Assembly: GCA_041661005.1 (NCBI GenBank) | Contig: JBAZVG010000001.1 | Span: 543,515-607,514, forward strand | From: Minisyncoccota bacterium | GTDB taxonomy: Bacteria; Patescibacteriota; Minisyncoccia; Phycocordibacterales; UBA9973 | Direction: 5' to 3' | DNA: 64,000 nt | Shown: positions 47,813 through 57,130 of the stretch, piece by piece | Layout: the number at the start of each line of letters is the position of its first letter | Numbering within the stretch: the stretch's first letter is position 1 | Made by a program: the position numbers and the translations under genes | Notes under the pieces: generated by a model | What the model saw: the letters and a program-made list of their open reading frames with translations, nothing else | What the model was told of the DNA's origin: nothing | Database searches by the model: none

Positions 47813-49516
47813 TTAGATAAATTCCTGCTGATAGCATTTCTCACAATAAATTATTTCTGGTCTTTCCGGCGCGTAAGAAGTCCTTATCATCTTGTCGCAT
47901 TTTGCGCATGTACGATTGTAGAGTTTCGGCATCTGCAGTTTATCAAAACGAGATTTCTCTCTACATTTCAAACACCGATCAGGAAGAGGTATATTCATTT
48001 TTCTTAGAAGATCAAACTCTAAACCGGCAATCTTATATCTCCTGTCGCAAGTAGTGCAAGAAATAACTTCCTTTAACATCGATTCATCCACTTCGCTTAT
48101 AGTTTCAGGTAAGTCATTGCCAGAAATAGTTGCTTTGCTTTGTTGTTCTACCTCATCATTCCAAAAATATCCGTCTCTTAATGCTTCCTCTTTTGTCTTT
48201 GGACAAAATTTATAAGCCGTAGAATTATTATAAGCAAATTTACCAAAAACTATTTGAGGAAATTCTCCATATGTCCATATTCTACCTTTTTCATCAACAT
48301 ATGGATTTATTTTCATATCTTCAATTATTTTTTCACGTAAAATTTCATACTCTTCCTTTGAATATTCCTTGTTTAGGATGCAATGTTTTTTTCTCTTTAA
48401 ACTCACACAACCGAAATCATTTTTACCAGATCTATTCCAAAGACAGTACTCAACATCTACAACATCTTCGACGCAATATGCAGAGAATTTAACGTTACTG
48501 ACATTTTCACCAACTGTAACAGATTCATAAATAAGTTCAGCATTATTACCCCAACCCGAATAATCCATACAATCTTTTATTGGAGAGACAGTAATAAACT
48601 GGCACCATTTACTATTTTCTGCTTTACTTGCAATATAAATTTCTTTAGAATTTTTAGAATTAAATAAATATTCTCCAGTAACATTTAAATTTAAAGTGTT
48701 GCCTGTATAAAACCTGTAAGGATGTTTTTGCCAAAATTTTTCGGCTTCTTTTTGAACTTTTTTAATTCCAGAACGCGTGTCTAACTTAAATTCTTTTAAT
48801 TTTTCAAAATATTCTTCTTTAGAATACTGAACATTAAAGATCTGGTAGGATGCGCCCCGTAAATTTACACAACCAACACAATACATAGAACTATAGCAAT
48901 TTCTAGAAAACCAAACATCTGTACAGGCGTCGCATTCTTTGGAATAAAAAACGCGATAAGAATCATTCTGACCTATAGATTCGTAACACAATTCTGATTT
49001 AAATATTCTAAATGAATCAGCTGTATCTTTGGCATTATTTAAGAAGGAAGAAAAGTAAACATTTTCACAATAATCAGCCCAGATGGCAAGGGTGCAATTT
49101 TTAGAAAAACCGATAGAATTACTGTAGTCACAATTTTTCAAATTTAAATAACCCGATTCTAATGACGGAAAAGGAACTTTTTCTGAAAGTTGTTTTAATT
49201 GTTCTAAAAAAGAACGGCTAGAATCATAATCCATACCATACTCTGTTCCATCCCAAGAATCTTCCCACCAACATGGCTGGCAATATACCGTAATTTTTTG
49301 TTCTGGTGGATACATTGAAAGAGCACGCTTGCCACACTTGTCGCAATCACGATAAAAAAGATACCAGCCATTGTGACAAGACATGCGTCTGATCATTCGA
49401 CACTCCGGACACCAAGTCGGCGCTGGAACTTTTATTTTCTCGTAAAAATTAAAGTCTTCGGATTCTATTGTGAAATCTTTTTTGCAATTCTGGCATATTT
49501 TATCTTCTGCTTCCAT
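47813..49516 (-). CDS. Cys-rich hypothetical protein with terminal zinc ribbons and a central short-repeat region
   Basis: CQNC..PTWCPECR N-terminus, repeated S..C.YS units, IYCEKCYQQEF C-terminus. Confidence 0.85.
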   Translation of the reverse strand: MEAEDKICQNCKKDFTIESEDFNFYEKIKVPAPTWCPECRMIRRMSCHNGWYLFYRDCDKCGKRALSMYPPEQKITVYCQPCWWEDSWDGTEYGMDYDSSRSFLEQLKQLSEKVPFPSLESGYLNLKNCDYSNSIGFSKNCTLAIWADYCENVYFSSFLNNAKDTADSFRIFKSELCYESIGQNDSYRVFYSKECDACTDVWFSRNCYSSMYCVGCVNLRGASYQIFNVQYSKEEYFEKLKEFKLDTRSGIKKVQKEAEKFWQKHPYRFYTGNTLNLNVTGEYLFNSKNSKEIYIASKAENSKWCQFITVSPIKDCMDYSGWGNNAELIYESVTVGENVSNVKFSAYCVEDVVDVEYCLWNRSGKNDFGCVSLKRKKHCILNKEYSKEEYEILREKIIEDMKINPYVDEKGRIWTYGEFPQIVFGKFAYNNSTAYKFCPKTKEEALRDGYFWNDEVEQQSKATISGNDLPETISEVDESMLKEVISCTTCDRRYKIAGLEFDLLRKMNIPLPDRCLKCREKSRFDKLQMPKLYNRTCAKCDKMIRTSYAPERPEIIYCEKCYQQEFI

Positions 49517-49520
49517 AAGT

Positions 49521-50321
49521 TTATTTTATCACCTTTCCGAACTCTTTAGGCACTGTTGATTCAACTTTTACAGTCTTGCCCTTTAAATTTTCAAATTCAA
49601 TAGATTTTGCATGAAGTGCCATGCGAGAAATGCCTTTCGGGCAAAAACCGTCTGGATTATAAAGCAAATCACAAACCACTGGATGATTCAAGAATTTCAT
49701 GTGCACACGGATCTGATGCGTTCGGCCGGTTTTAGGCTTAACTTCAAGATAAGTAAAAGGCAATTGATCTAGCACATCAAAATTTTTCCTCCTGCGCCCT
49801 TCCCCGAGTACGGGGCGGGACCCTCGGAGATAAAAATTTTGATACGCTTTCGCTTTGAATCGCTTTAAAACTTTGTATTCAGTAATTGCTTCACGCATTT
49901 CTCCTCTTGCTCCTCTGCCAGCCAAATGACGACGGAAATCTTTTGGACTCCTACCAATTGGTTTATTTATAATTCCTCTATCATTTTTTACCCAACCAGA
50001 AACTATTGTGTAATAAGTTTTTTTTATTGTTCTATCTTGAAATTGTTTTTTGAGAAATTCATGCGCTTTTTTATTTTTTGCTAAAAGCATAACACCGGAA
50101 GTGTCACGATCTAAACGGTGTACAACTTCGAGTTTGGGATATTTTTTCAAAAAAATACTAAGAATTGTACTTTTGTCCGAGCCTGCCCCGTGCCGAACTC
50201 TTTGTCCCGTAGTGAGCTTTGCTCTACTACTGGGATGTTCTGGTGCAGGGTGCACCAAAATACCCGACGGTTTATCGATGGCTAGAATATTTGTATCTTC
50301 GTATAAAACTTTTATTTTCAT
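49521..50321 (-). CDS. RluA-family pseudouridine synthase with two repeat-derived insertions
   Basis: IDKPSGILVHP, VHRLDRDTSG, TGRTHQIRVH, LHA. Confidence 0.94.
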   Translation of the reverse strand: MKIKVLYEDTNILAIDKPSGILVHPAPEHPSSRAKLTTGQRVRHGAGSDKSTILSIFLKKYPKLEVVHRLDRDTSGVMLLAKNKKAHEFLKKQFQDRTIKKTYYTIVSGWVKNDRGIINKPIGRSPKDFRRHLAGRGARGEMREAITEYKVLKRFKAKAYQNFYLRGSRPVLGEGRRRKNFDVLDQLPFTYLEVKPKTGRTHQIRVHMKFLNHPVVCDLLYNPDGFCPKGISRMALHAKSIEFENLKGKTVKVESTVPKEFGKVIK

Positions 50322-50432
50322 AAATTGATATTTTTGTTGATTCTATCATATCATTTTTATTTTTTTGAACAGATATGAATCAAAACACTCTGCTGGCTTT
50401 CACCTGCAGAGTGCGCGATTGAAATGTCCCCA

Positions 50433-51152
50433 TCACCTTGGGACAGACCGATAAAACACGTTCGGTGATGAGTAACTGTCGCGAAACGTATTTGTGAAAC
50501 CGGACCGCACCCGCCAATCAATGATGGGCACCCAGTCGACGAGATTGGTTGACCTCTCTAAGCCAGCCAAGACCCCCTCCGTATCTACTGGAGGTTGTCC
50601 GACTGACCAAGATAGATTCGGAATTCCTGCTTCGTCAACAGGCATTCCTAAGTCCTGAAAACTGACAGGTTTAAGATCTGTATCCTTCTCAAAGAGAAGC
50701 GCAAGAGCAACTCGCCCTGTCTCATTGAGAGTCGCATACACGACCGGGGAAATGATTGCAACTGCCTGAGTCTGGGTCTGAGCCATAATAGGAGTAAAAC
50801 TCGTCGACCTCAAACCCTGACCTGAACTTGAAGAAGAAACAATCGAAACCGCCGGTGGTAAATTACTCTCATCCACCCACTCAAACCAGATGCGCTGATC
50901 TTGCCAACTTGCCGAAGTGATATTTGTGACACCACCACCCGGAATAAAAATCCGGACTTCGTTTGTTTCCTGTCCAACTGGTGGCGGACGGTTCAACCGT
51001 TGGGCAAGTTTGTAAATGTTGTAGGCGACATAGCCGCCTCCAACAATGACTAGCGTTGCCACAGCAAACGCCATGAGAACACTGAGAGCGGATGCTTGTT
51101 TTGTCAGCACCATAATCAGCATGCCGACAATGCTCGGGCTCTTGGTTTTCAT
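50433..51152 (-). CDS. Membrane-anchored hypothetical protein with an 'STNL..W...FYR' C-terminal module
   Basis: SD GGGAGG, start overlaps the upstream stop (ATGA), TM helix, ends LERSTNLVDWVPI...NVFYRSVPR. Confidence 0.75.
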   Translation of the reverse strand: MKTKSPSIVGMLIMVLTKQASALSVLMAFAVATLVIVGGGYVAYNIYKLAQRLNRPPPVGQETNEVRIFIPGGGVTNITSASWQDQRIWFEWVDESNLPPAVSIVSSSSSGQGLRSTSFTPIMAQTQTQAVAIISPVVYATLNETGRVALALLFEKDTDLKPVSFQDLGMPVDEAGIPNLSWSVGQPPVDTEGVLAGLERSTNLVDWVPIIDWRVRSGFTNTFRDSYSSPNVFYRSVPR

Positions 51153-51382
51153 GGCAACAGCCCTCCCGATTTGATGTCGTTCAGGATGTAATAAACCAAC
51201 CACACAATCCCCGAGACTAAAACCAGCGTCCCGAGAACGTACTGCACCGGTCGTGACAACCACCGGTTTGTAAACCTGGACTCCGCCTCGCAGAGTCTTG
51301 TGAATATCGTCATAAGACTTCTCCAGCTTTGTCTTTGTCCGTCATCGTAGTTGATGAAGTTAACAAAGATCAATTTTTCCAT
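51149..51382 (-). CDS. Small hypothetical membrane protein
   Basis: C-terminal TM; coupled to the next gene. Confidence 0.6.
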   Translation of the reverse strand: MEKLIFVNFINYDDGQRQSWRSLMTIFTRLCEAESRFTNRWLSRPVQYVLGTLVLVSGIVWLVYYILNDIKSGGLLP

Positions 51383-51610
51383 TTTAGAATACTACTTGGT
51401 CGTCAATTTGTCAAATAATCTAAGACACTCTTGATCATGATATTTCTTGATTTTGTATCTGTATTATGACAAGCTCTTAAACGGAATCCCAAAACAGTTT
51501 GTCCATTTTTAGACGAGAAGCACAGTATTAGGTTGTCATCTAAAAAAACAAATGCGCATGAGCGCGATCAATGAGATTTTGTTTTGGGATAGTTTACGGG
51601 AGAAAATCGT

Positions 51611-52168
51611 ATGGAAACCTACACGTTTGGGTTTGGTAGTGATAGGAAACCAGCCTTGGTACCTGGTTTCAAAGTCGACACCTGTGGACAAGTCTTCAAA
51701 GAAGAAAAGGTGGTCGGGTTGGGCGCTGAAGGATCACACCACTACTGGGAAGTACCTTTAAAGATCTACAGGGATAAATACCCTAAAACAGTCGTAACCA
51801 ACCAGATTGAAGCTATTTTTCATGCCCATCCCATCAGAGAAGGACACAATCCCAAATTCTATCTTGTCTATGCAGGCCCTGAACGTCCGTCCGACAGGGT
51901 CCTGATACGAGTTAGAACAATGGCAGGAGACGATGCAGGTTGTGAACCTGGCAGAATCATATTCTGCCACCCTGGGCGGGCATTCAAGATCGCTCATGGA
52001 CATTCGATTAGTTCTGATGGAATTCGGTCTGTGGACATGATCCTCGATGTGCACCCAATGACCTTCTTCATAGTTGTCGCTGGAAGCGATCAACTGCATC
52101 GTCGATTCAAGATAGCTTATTCCGGAGGATGTCCCCCGACTTTCACGGAAATCAAACCCCATCCATAA
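51611..52168 (+). CDS. Hypothetical protein
   Basis: 185-aa ORF with a GGGAG SD, followed by a terminator at ~52226-52259. Confidence 0.65.
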   Translation: METYTFGFGSDRKPALVPGFKVDTCGQVFKEEKVVGLGAEGSHHYWEVPLKIYRDKYPKTVVTNQIEAIFHAHPIREGHNPKFYLVYAGPERPSDRVLIRVRTMAGDDAGCEPGRIIFCHPGRAFKIAHGHSISSDGIRSVDMILDVHPMTFFIVVAGSDQLHRRFKIAYSGGCPPTFTEIKPHP

Positions 52169-52298
52169 TGGGTGAATTAAGCATCGTTGGCTACAAGCCA
52201 AGTTAGCACCAATCAATCTCATCAAAGGCGCGGGAGAAATCCCACGTCTTTTTTATTTTCCAGTTTTCTGGCTTTTAAAAAGACGTTGATTTCTGTGT

Positions 52299-52373
52299 TG
52301 GTGCCCCCGGCAGGAATCGAACCTACATCAAGGCCTTAGAAGAGCCTTGTTCTATCCATTGAACTACGAGGGC
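52299..52373 (-). tRNA. tRNA-Arg(TCT)
   Basis: Cloverleaf GCCCTCG..., AGGCT-CTTCTAA-GGCCT, GGTTCGATTCC, CCA. Confidence 0.95.
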
Positions 52374-52375
52374 TA

Positions 52376-52397
52376 CTTGCCCCGCCCTAGGCGTGGG
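52376..52397. repeat. CTTGCCCCGC-loop-GCGTGGG element (family F) between tRNAs
   Basis: Copies at 8105-8126 and 23974-23994; degenerate copies at 8027 and 58181. Confidence 0.8.
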
Positions 52398-52399
52398 GG

Positions 52400-52472
52400 T
52401 GCGCGGTGAGGGACTTGAACCCCCGACCTTCTCAGTGTAAATGAGTTGCTCTACCAACTGAGCTAACCGCGC
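52400..52472 (-). tRNA. tRNA-Val(TAC)
   Basis: GCGCGGTTAGCTCAGTTGGTAGAGC, CTCA-TTTACAC-TGAG, GGTTCAAGTCC. Confidence 0.95.
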
Positions 52473-52498
52473 ATAAACACCCTTTTAAATTAACATTT

Positions 52499-52813
52499 TT
52501 ACAGCGACGGGTCAATGACCGGCGCAGGAGAGTTCAATATTTTATCTGATTTTTGTTCTCGTCGAGAGAAATATTCCAACACTTTTTCAATCCTTTCTTT
52601 TTTTACTGTCTCAACTTCGGGGATAACATCGACGGTTGATAAAACGAGTTCTTTATTGGTTTGTGTAAAAAGATAATAACCAAAAAAAGAAGATAGCAGA
52701 ATAACCACAAATATGAAAAGAACAGCCAATTGCCAATAAAAATTAATGTTTAATAATAAATTTTCTTTCTTCTTCTTGAAACTTTTTTCTTTTTTGAGAA
52801 ATTTTATTTTCAT
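52499..52813 (-). CDS. Single-TM hypothetical protein at the end of the pilMNO cluster
   Basis: TM helix; operon position. Confidence 0.75.
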   Translation of the reverse strand: MKIKFLKKEKSFKKKKENLLLNINFYWQLAVLFIFVVILLSSFFGYYLFTQTNKELVLSTVDVIPEVETVKKERIEKVLEYFSRREQKSDKILNSPAPVIDPSL

Positions 52814-52828
52814 AACATTATTTGAAAT

Positions 52829-53374
52829 TTATTTTATAAAACTCAAAAGCCTTATCTTGAAAATCGCTTCCCATTCCGAAACTTGAATATTTTTACTCTT
52901 TGTGTCTGGAATGGTTTTCCTGTCAATGTCCATACCAATAAATTCAAGTTCATATGGAGAATTTTCTAAAAGCATCAAAAATTTATAGAGACTATAGAAG
53001 GTTCCAGAAGCTTTCATTCCAACCATGAGCCCGACATCGTCAGCTAAAATACTGACAGAAGTAACCTCAGCTTTGGCGTTCACCTTCTTTGCTAACCCTT
53101 CAATCGTATCCAAGAACGGCACAACATCGGAACTTTTAGCAAAATGGGTTTCTAACTGAGCTCTTTCCCCCTCGATCATTTCGATTGAACGATCGAGCGC
53201 CCTTATTCCATCCCGTCTGAGTGTTTCATTTTGCCATTTTTCTTCTTTGGTTTGCAATTCTCTGTTGTTGGTATTTACCGTCCAATATAAAAAAAAGAAT
53301 GCTAGAAGGGAAATACAAAAAAATGCTGTAAAAAAAAGTAATGGAGTTTTTGGAAAATTGCTTTGCATGTTCAT
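52829..53374 (-). CDS. pilO: PilO-like type IV pilus assembly protein
   Basis: TM, coiled coil, ASGTFYSLYKFLMLLENSPY; follows a pilN-like gene. Confidence 0.7.
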   Translation of the reverse strand: MNMQSNFPKTPLLFFTAFFCISLLAFFFLYWTVNTNNRELQTKEEKWQNETLRRDGIRALDRSIEMIEGERAQLETHFAKSSDVVPFLDTIEGLAKKVNAKAEVTSVSILADDVGLMVGMKASGTFYSLYKFLMLLENSPYELEFIGMDIDRKTIPDTKSKNIQVSEWEAIFKIRLLSFIK

Positions 53375-53384
53375 GTTACATTTA

Positions 53385-53936
53385 CTACGGAATTAAACTC
53401 AAATAAAATTTAATATCGGATCCCTTTACAAAATTCGAGATCGGCAAATCGACCTGCTTAAAAATGGCCCCATCTTCGAGTGCTTGACGAAATGAAAGTA
53501 AAACTTCTCGAGAAGGCGCGTTACCTTGAATACCAACCTTTTTGTCGGTTTTTCCACTATTGGGCAGATCGCCTTCATAGGCAATGCTGGTAATTTCGAT
53601 ACCGGGTATTTTTTTAGAAATAATAGCATTTATTATTTTTTCAGATATAGTAAATTTGTTTTTTTCAGCATTTTCAATCAGATCAAGCTTGTAATTCAAG
53701 TCTTTGATCACTATAAGAGTTTTCTGGTCGATTGAAGGCACTGGCTCGCTTTTTTGTATCTCCAGTTTGCTATTTATGATGCTATTCTTCACAGAAGAAA
53801 GAAAGTAAGACGGTAGAATCGCGACAAAAGCAATAAAGACAGACACCCCGCCCACAGCCAAAAACAAAACAACAAGTTTATAATAAAAAACTCTGACCAT
53901 TTTTTTCTTTTCTTCTTTTGGAATTAAATTGATCAC
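53385..53936 (-). CDS. pilN: PilN-like type IV pilus assembly protein
   Basis: INLIP N-terminal motif, TM, IQGNAPSRE..L.F. Confidence 0.8.
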   Translation of the reverse strand: MINLIPKEEKKKMVRVFYYKLVVLFLAVGGVSVFIAFVAILPSYFLSSVKNSIINSKLEIQKSEPVPSIDQKTLIVIKDLNYKLDLIENAEKNKFTISEKIINAIISKKIPGIEITSIAYEGDLPNSGKTDKKVGIQGNAPSREVLLSFRQALEDGAIFKQVDLPISNFVKGSDIKFYLSLIP

Positions 53937-53942
53937 AAAAAA

Positions 53943-55037
53943 TTAATTGTTATTATAATTCCTCAGGGCTAGTCCTAATGCGGTGGCAAACGAAAGCGCT
54001 TGTTTAAAATTCATGTCTGGAACATGATTTTCTGTATCAACTATATTGACCCAGACATTGGCCATCTCTACCGGACTTTTCATGCTAACAGAAAAGTAAT
54101 CAACAAGTCCTGTCAAATTAGAATCTCCGCCACAAAGAATTATTTTTTTAATCGGCATATTATTTTTTCCTTCCACGTCTTTGTGTGTATGCCAATATAA
54201 AAAGTGCTTCACTATCTCGTCACGCAGAATAGAAACGCTGTTCAAGAGAACAGAAAACAGTTCCTTGTTGGGAGCATTGCGCTCCAGCCCGTATTTGCGC
54301 TTCATTTTTTCCGCTTCGTCGAAATTTATTTTGAAATTTTTGGCAATCATGTCGGTGAGCATAACTCCACCCACGTCAAGCGTCGAGGTAAACATCACAA
54401 TGCCACGAGATACGATGAAGATACCTGTGCGTTTTTCTCCAAAATCCACGATCATGTAAGTATCTAAGTCTCCCTTTTTAACGACAGCTCGAGAAATCGC
54501 TTGCGCTTCGAGCTCAAACGACTGGACTAATATTTGAGAATTCCGAAATATAGCAAGATAATTTTCAATAACATTTCTTGATATAGTCGCGACTTGAAGC
54601 TCTATGCTTTGCATATCTTCGGAGATAATTTCATAGTCAAAGATAGCATCCTGAGCTGAGATTGGCACATGTTCTTCGAGAGCAAGCTCAATACTCTCTT
54701 TAATATTCACTAATCCATCCTTCTCCAATCGAAGTTTAAAAAGATACACTTGTTCTTCCGGCAGAGAAGCGCGCACAGATTTCAATCCGATCTCTTTTTT
54801 AAGCGAGATAAGAATTTCTTCTATCCGTTTTGGATTTTTAATCTTACCCGAATCAATGATCCCAGGAGGAATGGCGCGCTCCCCGTGCCGTCCGACTCTT
54901 ATACCATTTTTGGTGCTGACAAGCTCCATAAATTTTATTGATTCATCGCCGATATCTAACCCAAAAGAAGAATCTGAAAGAAAAGAAGGAACCGGAAAAA
55001 ATCTGCTGAAGAATGTGTCGAACAAATTGAAAGACAT
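53943..55037 (-). CDS. pilM: Type IV pilus assembly protein PilM
   Basis: FGLDIG, IVDFG, IILCGGDSNL.GL, ALGLALR (actin-like fold). Confidence 0.92.
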   Translation of the reverse strand: MSFNLFDTFFSRFFPVPSFLSDSSFGLDIGDESIKFMELVSTKNGIRVGRHGERAIPPGIIDSGKIKNPKRIEEILISLKKEIGLKSVRASLPEEQVYLFKLRLEKDGLVNIKESIELALEEHVPISAQDAIFDYEIISEDMQSIELQVATISRNVIENYLAIFRNSQILVQSFELEAQAISRAVVKKGDLDTYMIVDFGEKRTGIFIVSRGIVMFTSTLDVGGVMLTDMIAKNFKINFDEAEKMKRKYGLERNAPNKELFSVLLNSVSILRDEIVKHFLYWHTHKDVEGKNNMPIKKIILCGGDSNLTGLVDYFSVSMKSPVEMANVWVNIVDTENHVPDMNFKQALSFATALGLALRNYNNN

Positions 55038-55203
55038 GCGCATATTATACAACACATCCCATCATCTCGCTATCATTTTCTCCTACTTTTGTGGATTAAA
55101 AAAAATGTTCTTGAAGAAGATGTCATTGACATAGAGAGGTAAATTTCATAATCTTGACTAGAATCAACAGCATCTTGAAACAATAGAACCAAGTAAAGAA
55201 ACT

Positions 55204-55701
55204 ATGGAAAAATTACCAAAAAAACCTCACTCCATCATTCGATCCTGCGACTTTCTCGTAGATTACGAGCCGGATGCTATAGCACAAGCAATAAGGTCGG
55301 TTCGTTTTCACGAAAAGGATCTCAAGCTCGATCTGGAAGAAATTCCGGTTTTGAGTCACGTCAGAGCTTGGCGGCGTGTCTTTGGGGTCTGCCTATATAA
55401 CCAAACATACGGTTACGAAGTCCCAGAGGCACTAAGCAAAGTGCCTTGCGCGAACAGACCTCTGGTGTTAGCGGATCCGCTGACATCGATACTCTTCATC
55501 GCACTAAATGCTAAAATGATGCGCAGGCATTATTTTGTCAGCATTTTTACCGATACCCACGGACAACAATGGGTCATCAATATGGAAGCCCTCGTTAGGG
55601 AGCCCATTATCCAAATCCACCCGACCTGCCCTGAGGCAATTTACCGGGATGCCGCTATCCACTTGGCCACCCCTAGCAGGCCTCTTGCTTGGGCATCCTA
55701 G
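55204..55701 (+). CDS. Hypothetical protein
   Basis: 165-aa ORF with a downstream terminator hairpin (~55720-55753). Confidence 0.65.
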   Translation: MEKLPKKPHSIIRSCDFLVDYEPDAIAQAIRSVRFHEKDLKLDLEEIPVLSHVRAWRRVFGVCLYNQTYGYEVPEALSKVPCANRPLVLADPLTSILFIALNAKMMRRHYFVSIFTDTHGQQWVINMEALVREPIIQIHPTCPEAIYRDAAIHLATPSRPLAWAS

Positions 55702-55754
55702 GCCTATCTCATCATCACCCCCCCGCAGGGTCTAACTCTGCGGGTCTTTTTTTA

Positions 55755-56195
55755 TCAAATTTTTTGATTCTTTCTATCCAAATATCTTTGTAAGATTATT
55801 GCAGCTGCCTGCGCGTCAATCCGTCCGCTTTTTATTTGCTTTACTTTACTGTGCGCTTGGGACGGATTTAATCCCGCCTTGCTATCTTTCCCTCGCCTAG
55901 CTTCGACTGAAGTCAAAAATTCTTTTTGTTTATGAATGGGCAGTTTAAATTTCTCCTCAAGTTCTAAAATAAAGACTTCTATCCTCCCCGACAGCGCATT
56001 TAATTTTCCAGAAAAATCTACCGACTCCCCTATTATTATTTCTCCAATATTTTCTTGTTCTATGATCTCGCAGAATTTTTTCATGACATTCGAATAATTC
56101 AATATTATTTCTTTCGGAAAAGCAAAAACTCCATTTTCGTCCGAAATAGCCACCCCTATCCTTTTTGTTCCATAATCAATGCCCAGAAATTTCAT
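55755..56195 (-). CDS. ruvX: YqgF/RuvX family nuclease
   Basis: LGIDYGTKRIGVAISD, EFLTS, IDAQAAAIILQRYLD. Confidence 0.94.
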   Translation of the reverse strand: MKFLGIDYGTKRIGVAISDENGVFAFPKEIILNYSNVMKKFCEIIEQENIGEIIIGESVDFSGKLNALSGRIEVFILELEEKFKLPIHKQKEFLTSVEARRGKDSKAGLNPSQAHSKVKQIKSGRIDAQAAAIILQRYLDRKNQKI

Positions 56196-56265
56196 CCTAT
56201 TAAAAAATTAAAATAATAATGCTTACTCTTTCCACATGTCCGCTGATTTTTTAACGGGACAAGTA
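56195..56265. repeat. Family D element, copy 2
   Basis: TCCTATTAAAAAATTAAAATAATAA...CTGATTTTTTAACGGGACAAGTA; abuts the ruvX start. Confidence 0.8.
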
Positions 56266-56280
56266 TTTTAGATACTAGCA

Positions 56281-56355
56281 CCCCGTAGTGAATTTTGGAA
56301 ATGCGCGGAGCGTGCTCCGACGCAAGTCGGAACTTTTCCAAAATCTACTACTGGG
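56281..56355. repeat. Family B element flanked by TAGCA direct repeats
   Basis: TAGCA-CCCCGTAGTGAATTTTGG...CCAAAATCTACTACTGGG-TAGCA. Confidence 0.88.
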
Positions 56356-56390
56356 TAGCATAAAACCTATTTTTCTGATATGATTTTATT

Positions 56391-56630
56391 ATGGAACAAT
56401 TGCCAACTTCTTTCAATATACTCATAGTAGTAATCACCCTTTGGACTATTCCTTGGAAAATTTATGCCGTGTGGACGGCGGTAAAGCACAACCACAAGAA
56501 ATGGTTTGTGGTGTTGCTCATATTAAACACAGTGAGTATTTTAGAGATTTTTTACATCTTCAAAATTGTCAAGAAAAGTTGGGCTGAAGTAAAAAGAGAT
56601 TTCAGAAAAGCATTTTCGTCTTTTAAATAA
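56391..56630 (+). CDS. Small membrane protein (DUF5652-like)
   Basis: WTIPWKIYAVWTA...WFVVLLILNT..ILEIFY. Confidence 0.8.
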   Translation: MEQLPTSFNILIVVITLWTIPWKIYAVWTAVKHNHKKWFVVLLILNTVSILEIFYIFKIVKKSWAEVKRDFRKAFSSFK

Positions 56631-56683
56631 ATCAGCTTGAGAAAAAACTCAAAATAGATATACTGAATTAGTTATTCAGTAAG

Positions 56684-56759
56684 GGATGGGTGCCTGAGTG
56701 GTCTAAAGGAACAGTCTTGCCACCGCCTTTGGCGGGGTCCCGCAGTAAGCGGGAAAAAC
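56684..56759 (+). pseudogene. 5' half of a tRNA-Ser(TGA) with a hairpin element inserted in the anticodon
   Basis: GGATGGGTGCCTGAGTGGTCTAAAGGAACAGTCTTG-[35 nt]-AAAAC. Confidence 0.85.
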
Positions 56760-57014
56760 ATGTATATGTTTAAGGTTTATATTTTAAAAAGCTTAAATTA
56801 TAACCGTTACTACATCGGTCATAGTGCAGATGTTGAAAAAAGATTAAGGGAACATAATATTGGAAAGGTTCATTCGACTAAAGCATACAAATCTTGGAAA
56901 ATAGTGTATATTGAGAATAAACCAAGTAAGAAAGAAGCGTACGCTAGGGAAATGCAAATAAAATCTTTCAAACATGGCGAAGCTTTTAAAAAATTAATTG
57001 AAAATAAAATTTAA
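56760..57014 (+). CDS. Small GIY-YIG nuclease
   Basis: VYIL...YYIG, RLREHN, AYAREMQIK. Confidence 0.92.
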   Translation: MYMFKVYILKSLNYNRYYIGHSADVEKRLREHNIGKVHSTKAYKSWKIVYIENKPSKKEAYAREMQIKSFKHGEAFKKLIENKI

Positions 57015-57033
57015 AATTATTTGGTGTTCTAGC

Positions 57034-57122
57034 GGAGGCGTCGCATAGTTGGTCTAGTGCGCTTGTCTTGAAAACAAGTACGCCGCAAGGCGTCGTGAGT
57101 TCGAATCTCACCGCCTCCGCCA
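57034..57122 (+). tRNA. tRNA-Ser(TGA), intact, CCA encoded
   Basis: GGAGGCG/CGCCTCC-G-CCA, CTTGT-CTTGAAA-ACAAG, long variable arm. Confidence 0.96.
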
Positions 57123-57130
57123 GAATACCA

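Noticed and set aside
55850-55895. Repeat-derived insertion in ruvX (GKDSKAGLNPSQAH)
   Set aside because: The hairpin is weak and no second copy was found in the window.
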